64,000 nucleotides of DNA from an uncultured delta proteobacterium (GTDB taxonomy: Bacteria > Desulfobacterota > Syntrophia > Syntrophales > UBA2185). The DNA lies in assembly GCA_963729715.1 (NCBI GenBank), contig CAVSPA010000006.1, positions 64,001 to 128,000 of the forward strand, written 5' to 3'. The translations under genes and the position numbers were made by a program. The notes under the pieces were generated by a model that worked only from the letters and a program-made list of their open reading frames with translations, made no database searches and was not told the origin of the DNA. Below are positions 57,144 to 64,000 of the stretch, in pieces (within the stretch, counting starts at the first letter, position 1; each line of letters begins with the position of its first letter).

Positions 57144-60025
57144 ACATCTTTCCTCTCCTTAGGCAGGGAAAAACTAAAGGTGCTTCCCAAACCCCATGCG
57201 CTTGTCACCCGGATTTTACCCCCCATCAGCTCAACAAGTTTTTTACAGATGGAAAGACCCAGACCCGTGCCTTCATATTTTCGGGTAATTCCCGAATCGA
57301 TTTGTTGAAAGGCCTGAAAAATTGTTTCCATGTCTTCAGTCTTGATGCCAATGCCGGTGTCAATAACCCTTATAGTTACGTTGTTCCCTTCCGGTTCGCA
57401 TTCTATTTTTACCGAACCTTTTTCTGTAAACTTTATGGCATTGCTAATCAAATTCAGAAGAATCTGCTCTACTCGCCTGTGATCGCCGGTTATTGATTCA
57501 ATTTCGGGAGAGATTGCACATGTAAGTTCAAGCCCCTTTTTGCCTGTAAGTGGACGTGCACTCTCCACAGCCTTTTCTATCGTGTGACGCAGGTCAAAAT
57601 TTTCATATGCTACCTGCAACTGTCCTGCTTCAATCTTGGATATATCAAGGACATCATTGATCAGCGAAAGCAGGTGCTGAGCGCTGTCGCGCACCATGTT
57701 CAGTTGTTTTTTCTGCTCATCATTTAACGGGCCAACTCGCTCTCGCAGAATGATACCCGTGAAGCCTATGATTGAGTTAAGAGGTGTGCGCAATTCGTGC
57801 GACATGGTAGCCAGGAAAGCGGATTTTAATCTGTCAGCCACTTCGGCGTGTTCTTTTGCAATACCAAGTTCCTCAAATGCGTTACGCAACTCTTTTTCTG
57901 TCTCTATAAGTTTGGTAATATCGTTACCAACAGATAGTATTTCCAGGACCTTTCCTGTCTCATCAAATATTGATTTATTGGCCCAGGCAACCCAAACACG
58001 CTCGCCATTCTTCCGTATGTTCTCATTTACATTTCTAACATATGCTTCCGGATTCAATGCGATATCTTCCGCAAGCGAAGATAGATCTCGTCCTGTTGAT
58101 TCTTCTGGAGGGACTATAGTATCCAAGATATTTTTACCGATAATCTCTTGTTCACGATAGCCGAAAAAGTCTTGGGCATACCTATTAAAAAATGTGATTC
58201 GTCCATCCGCTAGCCAGCGTATAATTATACTATTGGCACTCTCAACAAGGTTACGATATTTGGCTTCGCTTTGAATAAGCATCTGTTCAATACGAATACG
58301 GTCCTCGATTTCTATTTTAAGCCTATCATTCGCGTCTATAAGTTCTGCAGTACGCTTCCTGACCATGCTCTCTAATTGTTCGCGGTGTTCAATCAATTCT
58401 TGTTCCAACTGTTTATGCTCACTAATATCGCGGATCGATTCGATGGCGCCCACGGGATTGCCCTTGCTGTCATAAAGGGGACCTGCCATTGCTGAAAGGG
58501 CCAACTTTTTCCCCTTAATGACACGCATGTTCGATTCCGCCACGAGCGTGCTCCCATTTTTTTTTATAGAGAAATAGTTCTTTGCGGCCTCCTCATTCCA
58601 GGTATAAACAAAATCAATCAATATGGGCTGTCGTTTCTCAAAAAAAGGCAGGGCATATTCGTAGTTACCCTTTCCAATCATTTCTACGGCAGGGAACCCT
58701 GTCATGTCTTCGATTGCCCGGTTCCACGCAATAATGCTGCCCTCACGATCTATAGCAAATGTGGCATCAGGCAGAAAATCAATAATTGCCGCCAACTTCT
58801 GCTCGGAGTCTTTAAGCTTAATAGTTAACCTTCGCCCCTTGATGATGTTGATTATAAGGAAAACAATTAATGCTCCCTGAAAAAGGAAGGCCATCAGCAC
58901 GAGAATGATCATTTTAAGATTCTCTTCCCAGAAGGATGGTGTCCTGTAACGGATAATACTGCCTTCCGGGAGAATGCTTACTGGTACATTCCATTTTTTT
59001 AGCTGCCGCCAGTCGTAGATGTCGTGTAATTCCGCAGTTATTTTTACCTGCTGTACTTTTTGATCTCCGGCATGGATCAGTGCGTGAACAGCCGCGGCAA
59101 TAGTTTCGCCATATGAATCGGCACTTGAAAGTTTTCCGCCAACAATCCCGTGACCGAGTACAGTATCGTAAAAACTGAATATGGGAGCGTTGGCACGTTT
59201 TATGACAGCGTCCATGACTTCAACCGTCGTTAAATACTTTCCATCTTTATCCCGCACATAAGTTAACATAAGGACGGCAGAATGGGCCGGAAGGCGTGAT
59301 AGATTTTCTGTAAGCTCATTTGCCGGAATGCCTGTAAGATAGGTTACTGTACCCAGCCAGTTTACGTCCTTTATGGCTTGTTGAGTCTTCGCGACGTAAG
59401 CCAGATCATCGGCGCCGATGCCGGAAACAACAACGAGATGTTTCGTCTCAGGGAAAAAGCGCGAGATCCGCTCGATGTTAGCCCTAATATCCGAAACACC
59501 CTCAACAATACCCACCCTTGGCTGCGCAAGAATTTGTTTAATCTGGGCGCTTTCCGGTAGCGCATAGACTTTGGGCACATCCGGAAAAACTTCTTCGCCA
59601 TGCTGAAGAAGAAAACCGCTGCTGGTCGGCATGATGCCAACTACCAGGTCGGGCTTTGCCCGTGCATATTTCATCCGCAGCAGCCTTATAAGAGTCGTAA
59701 CAAATTCAGGATCAGAGATAGTATCGCTCCCGATGTACTCGTAACTTATCTTCGTTTCAGGGGACATCAACGCTGATATGCGACCTCTAAAGGCTGCATT
59801 CAAGATTGAAAACCATTCAGTAACATATGGTTGTGATGTGATAATGAGAACATGATGTTCCTTTGCGTTATTGGTTTGTGTGACCGTCCTTTCTTGATTA
59901 TTTTCGAGGGGCACGTTGCCAATTTTTTTATGATCCTGCTGCCCAAATGATACCTGACTGTAGAAACAGATGAGGAACAAAAGAGCAGTAAACAGAGAAA
60001 GGATATGTTTGATATAGCAGTTCAT
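57140..60025 (-). CDS. Membrane sensor histidine kinase (periplasmic binding-protein-like domain + 2 PAS)
   Basis: Signal/TM segment, GHGIVGG, YDWRQL..W, SHELRTPLN, NAIKFT, GTGLGL. Confidence 0.92.
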   Translation of the reverse strand: MNCYIKHILSLFTALLFLICFYSQVSFGQQDHKKIGNVPLENNQERTVTQTNNAKEHHVLIITSQPYVTEWFSILNAAFRGRISALMSPETKISYEYIGSDTISDPEFVTTLIRLLRMKYARAKPDLVVGIMPTSSGFLLQHGEEVFPDVPKVYALPESAQIKQILAQPRVGIVEGVSDIRANIERISRFFPETKHLVVVSGIGADDLAYVAKTQQAIKDVNWLGTVTYLTGIPANELTENLSRLPAHSAVLMLTYVRDKDGKYLTTVEVMDAVIKRANAPIFSFYDTVLGHGIVGGKLSSADSYGETIAAAVHALIHAGDQKVQQVKITAELHDIYDWRQLKKWNVPVSILPEGSIIRYRTPSFWEENLKMIILVLMAFLFQGALIVFLIINIIKGRRLTIKLKDSEQKLAAIIDFLPDATFAIDREGSIIAWNRAIEDMTGFPAVEMIGKGNYEYALPFFEKRQPILIDFVYTWNEEAAKNYFSIKKNGSTLVAESNMRVIKGKKLALSAMAGPLYDSKGNPVGAIESIRDISEHKQLEQELIEHREQLESMVRKRTAELIDANDRLKIEIEDRIRIEQMLIQSEAKYRNLVESANSIIIRWLADGRITFFNRYAQDFFGYREQEIIGKNILDTIVPPEESTGRDLSSLAEDIALNPEAYVRNVNENIRKNGERVWVAWANKSIFDETGKVLEILSVGNDITKLIETEKELRNAFEELGIAKEHAEVADRLKSAFLATMSHELRTPLNSIIGFTGIILRERVGPLNDEQKKQLNMVRDSAQHLLSLINDVLDISKIEAGQLQVAYENFDLRHTIEKAVESARPLTGKKGLELTCAISPEIESITGDHRRVEQILLNLISNAIKFTEKGSVKIECEPEGNNVTIRVIDTGIGIKTEDMETIFQAFQQIDSGITRKYEGTGLGLSICKKLVELMGGKIRVTSAWGLGSTFSFSLPKERKDV

Positions 60026-60235
60026 AAGGTAAGCCCTATTAATGAATATAATAGAAATCTACATTGCTGAATATCGTCTCTCCCTGTTTCCACAGACGAC
60101 CCCCGAGAAGGAATACATTGGAATTTGTAAAACATGCACCCCTTTTTTGATATCCAAATTGGGATGGCCATTTTCTTAGGTCATAATTAAAAGATATATT
60201 GTCAATAATATAATCCCTCTAATAGGTATCTTTCT

Positions 60236-60289
60236 TCAAAACAAAACCCCGCTCTCTTTTGAGAAACGGGGTTTCGGTAATCTCTTCAT
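60236..60289 (-). promoter_or_regulatory. Putative leader ORF (17 aa) overlapping a terminator-like hairpin
   Basis: AGGTGG RBS, MKRLPKPRFSKESGVLF*, hairpin AAACCCCG...CGGGGTTTTG. Confidence 0.35.
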
Positions 60290-60801
60290 GGCACCACCTT
60301 TATAAAAATGGTTGAGATTAGTTGTTAACCATTTGACGATGCCCTATTTAAATACACTTTTTTTCCTGCTCCTAATTCCTTGAAAAGTCAAGAGATATTT
60401 TATTTATCTGTCAAAACCACTGACAATGTCAGTGGTGGGGCGTGGGGGCGTAGGCCCCACACCTTAAGTGAACCAACAATGTTGGTGAGGAATGTTTTAG
60501 AGTAGTTGTTTCAATCCTTATCAGGCAAGGCGAAGGACAATGTCCGTAGGCTTGCCGCATTTTGAAGGCCACCGACAAGGTCGGTGGTAGTTTACTGATA
60601 ACCATTTGAAAGCTGTCATAAACCCTGAAATCTCATTTCTATTGATAACAAGGAAGAAGTAAATGCTGTATCCACCCACAAAGTGAGGAGATAGATACAT
60701 ACCTTCTGCATGGCGAGCGCCTGTTGAGTTTGAAAAGAGTCCAAACATCAAGAGAGCGCGGAGACGGATCTCTTGGGAAGGATCTGCGGCAACGGAGGTC
60801 T

Positions 60802-61500
60802 TTAAGGATTAATTCTTCGAAACATATCGGTGGCAATTATCCTTGAAATGATCTCTTGTTGCAGCTGAATTGACTTCTCAATTTTTGTCAGACGCGTCTG
60901 AAGTGCATTTTGCGTGAGTCGTGTCCGTTGCTTCTTCTCTAATTTTTCAGCCTCTAAATCCAGCTTCCTCTTGCGCAATTCATATTTCTTCTGAAATATT
61001 TCGTTCTTCTTATTCAACTGATCTCTGTATAACTCCCGCCATCTTTGGGAATTCTCCAGCTTTTTGTTACTTAGTTCTTTAAGAAGTTCGCGCTTCTTCT
61101 GTCTCTCCAAAAGAGTCTGGGCTTTCATATCTAGTTGCCTTTGGCGCAGCTCGCGATTCTTTTGTTTCTCCAGGAGAAATTCTTTTAGAAAGTATATGGC
61201 GATTTGCCTATAGAAATCATTTTTCACAGTTACGACTGATTCATTATCGTTGATCTCGAGCTCAGCCGGTACTATGTACCTGTCTAATATATTATCACCC
61301 TGTTCATCGACTTGGCTGACCTCCTTCTTCTTGCGGAAGTATTCCGTTATTCGTCTATTCTTAGCCTTTCTTATAGAACGATGTATTTGATTTATATCGT
61401 CTCGATCAGTTTCCAGGAGATGAAGCCATACATCTTGAAAGGCATCACCATTCAAAGGAATATGCTCCTTTATTATTCTTGATATCTCCCTTACATCCAT
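60802..61500 (-). CDS. Hypothetical protein (sigma region-2-like N-terminus, long charged coiled coil)
   Basis: GGAGGG RBS; DAFQDVWLHLLE; K/R/E/Q-rich C-terminal half. Confidence 0.6.
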   Translation of the reverse strand: MDVREISRIIKEHIPLNGDAFQDVWLHLLETDRDDINQIHRSIRKAKNRRITEYFRKKKEVSQVDEQGDNILDRYIVPAELEINDNESVVTVKNDFYRQIAIYFLKEFLLEKQKNRELRQRQLDMKAQTLLERQKKRELLKELSNKKLENSQRWRELYRDQLNKKNEIFQKKYELRKRKLDLEAEKLEKKQRTRLTQNALQTRLTKIEKSIQLQQEIISRIIATDMFRRINP

Positions 61501-61636
61501 AATCCCTCCATCATTACTAGATTAAAGATATTCAGAGGTTTGGTCGATAAAGATATACAGCGGTCCTTCGTGATTTAGGCCGTGAAATAGTCACAGAAAT
61601 ATCGTTTCGTACCACCGATGAGGAACAGGATGCCTA

Positions 61637-62386
61637 ATGGAAAAAAAGAAAGAAAGTATTGGCGTTCTTTTCCATAAATTCCATACGTGTGAAACGTACG
61701 TAAGGCAAGGTAAAATTGCAGCATGCATCACCCTGCTCTTGGAAGTCCTGGAAAAGATGCCGTCAGCTCCGTTGCTCTCAAAGGAGAAAGAAACACTTAC
61801 TAAAGGTATCTTCACCCTTCAACGAACGTTGGCCTCCCACAAAAACTTCAAAGACATGTTCGGCCCCGTAACATTTAATGACACGGATATGAAGACGACC
61901 TATGAATTTCTAAAGCAACTTCAGGGTGCGCACGAAGAGGATCTCCGGGATCGGATGAAATCAGAATCATCGCAAGACGAGGCGGAAAAACTCGACGTGA
62001 ATGATATTGTCGAACTCGATGTGGAGGCCATTTGGGAACGGGCAACCATAGTTATTAAATATGTAGATAATGGCAATGTACCAAAGGCTAATGAGACGAT
62101 CGATGGCCTGGATGAGGTGATCTCATATATCACGCAGCACTACAATACTCTGGGTGTACAGTTCCGCAAGGCGTTAGATTATGAAAACGCCATCAAATGC
62201 TACATGAAGGCGCTTTCCATATATTCTCATGATGAAGGTTTGCACTATAATATGGCCCGCGTCTATTATGAAGTGGGCAACAGAGGCAAGGCTCGCGAAT
62301 CTTTGGGCAAGGCGCTAGCCATCAATCCCCAGTTTCAAGAAGGCCAGCGATTCGATGACTTTCTGTTAAAGTTTAATATCCATTAA
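61637..62386 (+). CDS. TPR-repeat protein
   Basis: YNTLG...AIKCY.KAL...DEGLHYNMAR...AL.INP.F. Confidence 0.8.
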   Translation: MEKKKESIGVLFHKFHTCETYVRQGKIAACITLLLEVLEKMPSAPLLSKEKETLTKGIFTLQRTLASHKNFKDMFGPVTFNDTDMKTTYEFLKQLQGAHEEDLRDRMKSESSQDEAEKLDVNDIVELDVEAIWERATIVIKYVDNGNVPKANETIDGLDEVISYITQHYNTLGVQFRKALDYENAIKCYMKALSIYSHDEGLHYNMARVYYEVGNRGKARESLGKALAINPQFQEGQRFDDFLLKFNIH

Positions 62387-62606
62387 GAAGACAGAAAAAC
62401 TAGGGGAAATTATTAAATTCCTGAGAGGGATTCTTTTTTGAAAAAGTGTGAAGGAACTGTCGCTTTCCAGAATAACCGCCGAATGCGGTCTGTTTCCGCA
62501 AGCAGAAATCATGTCCGCCTTTTATAAACATATTGATACCTCAACATCAACCACATCTCTTAATCTGAAAAATAATAAGAAGAGCGCCTCCCTGCTCTCG
62601 TTTGAT

Positions 62607-62821
62607 AATTCCCTGTTCCTTGATTTAAATTCCCTGATACGTAAAAAAATTCCCTGATGTGTTGAGTAGGGAATTTTCTCTGTAACCCACTAGAATTAGG
62701 CATCACAGCGATATCACTCTTTCGTTTCGGTGCCAGAAATGAAAAAATTCCCTGTAATTTCCCTGATAAACAGGGAATTTGGTATAAGAGAGCTGTTCGC
62801 GGTAGACTGCCAACACCACCA
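62607..62821. repeat. TTCCCTG repeat array and tRNA-3'-like site next to the serine recombinase
   Basis: TTCCCTG at 62609, 62630, 62650, 62748 and 62759; inverted at 62668 (partial) and 62771; GAGAG..GTTCG..ACTGC..CACCA at 62788-62821. Confidence 0.65.
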
Positions 62822-62983
62822 TGAATTCCCCCGCAGGAGAGATTCTGCGGTTTATGCGCCCAGAGGGGCGCACGTGGCGTGTGTTGGCTAATTAAGTTGA
62901 CCGGAGAAGCCAGCCTGAAGCAGGTAAAAGCCACGATATTAACTTTTTTCTCTGTTCGGTATTTTGTCGGTCCACTGAGAGGT

Positions 62984-64000
62984 TCAGACGAAACCAAGAA
63001 GTTGACGCTGCTGTGTCCAGTCCAGAGGTAAATCAATCCGTTTGGTGAGCTTTTCAACGCTGAGAGCTGCAGGCTGCCGCCCCCCTATGATACTCTCCGT
63101 AATGTCGGGGGCGAGAAAAGCCAGATTTATTACCCGGGAAATATAGCTCTTGTCCACACCTTCCCGTGATGCGATTTCAGCCATATTGTGCACTCGTCCC
63201 GATACCAGATCATTGAACCATTTATGGGTGCGAATAATGGTTCTCAGCAAGGTCTGGCCCACTCTGACCGGTCCATTACCAGCAATTATCGGCCGCATCT
63301 CCATTCCCCGCCGCTTCATCCGCATCGGGATATCGCGTGTAATCGTTAAACCGCCGGAATCCACCTCCGTTACCACCAGCGGCGCCAGAGACAGCGTAAG
63401 GCGTATACCATCCTGCCGCAGCTCCACGCGCTGGACGAATCTCCCTATCAGGTTTGCAGCATCGGGCTGTATCTTTTCCGGCCGCATTGAGTGTAGAGGG
63501 AACATGGTGTGCTGCGATCCCCGATTCCTATACGGCGCCGGTAATGGCAGCATCATCATGGAGGATCTCCAATACTGTATGCGCGATCACTTGTTCAATT
63601 TCCTGCCCGGGTAATCGCCAACCATCTGATGAAAGATCTTTCGGGTCTGTCGCAAGGCTTTGTGAGATGTAATAGCGGTAGCGCCTTCCCTTTTTATTAA
63701 CGTGGACGGGTCTCAGGTGTTTGCCTGAAACATCGAATAATTTTCTGGTTAGCGGACAGGAAGTGGCATCACGTGAACGTGTTTTATGTTCTACCGAGTT
63801 ACTGGCCATAAGCTGCTGCACCTGTTCCCATAATTCCTGATCTATGATTGCTTCATGCTGACCCGGATGGCAGGTTCCCTTGTGGCGTATCTGCCCGATA
63901 TAGATCGGGTTGGAGAGAATCTTATAGAGTATCCCGCGTGAAAATGAACAACCGCCTTTCTGTCCACGGACCTTGGAATGAATAGCACGTGTGTCGAGAT
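62984..64000 (-). pseudogene. Large serine recombinase, disrupted, 5' part outside the window
   Basis: LYKILSNPIYIG, GQHEAII, RYRYY, WRLP, C-terminal LAFLAPDI and LPLDW..Q; TAG at 63530-63528 plus a frameshift. Confidence 0.8.

Larger units (their letters stand above)
43251..62828. mobile_element. Putative genomic island at the tRNA-Phe 3' end
   Basis: Integrase remnant next to the tRNA, accessory content, and 13-bp direct repeat CCACCATGAATTC at 43251-43263 and 62816-62828. Confidence 0.5.

Noticed and set aside
60417..60590. CRISPR array
   Set aside because: The repeats are not identical, spacing is irregular, and there are no cas genes in the window.
62788..62821. Second tRNA gene
   Set aside because: Only a 3'-half-like motif; no D arm or anticodon arm.

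Overview
The window looks like chromosome from an anaerobic deltaproteobacterium (Syntrophales-like, inferred from gene content). It has three parts. (1) 0.15-26.5 kb is a co-directional catabolic cluster: GntR regulator; Liv-type ABC importer with an embedded AMP-forming CoA ligase; two divergent UbiD (prFMN) (de)carboxylases around an ADP-forming acyl-CoA synthetase; an unannotated 57-aa zinc-ribbon protein; a multi-Fe-S GltD-type flavoprotein; a divergent LarA-fold protein that keeps the nickel-pincer-ligand spacing (H-x9-K-x15-H) but apparently lacks one catalytic His; and two 2-oxoacid:ferredoxin oxidoreductase operons around a NadC-like/COG1058-like gene pair. This cluster is the best candidate for an undescribed system. 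(2) 26.6-43.3 kb is housekeeping: dsbC, polA, the sirohaem/Ahb haem operon (hemC apparently starts at ATT), prmA, rsmE and tRNA-Phe. (3) 43.3-64 kb is an accessory island starting at the tRNA-Phe 3' end. It holds an integrase remnant, gabD between 71-bp direct repeats, an inverted-repeat-bounded 2.16-kb element with two tyrosine recombinases, a PAS/GAF two-component signalling cluster, a hairpin-rich non-coding region, and a broken large serine recombinase with a TTCCCTG repeat array. All calls come from reading motifs by eye; no database searches were run.
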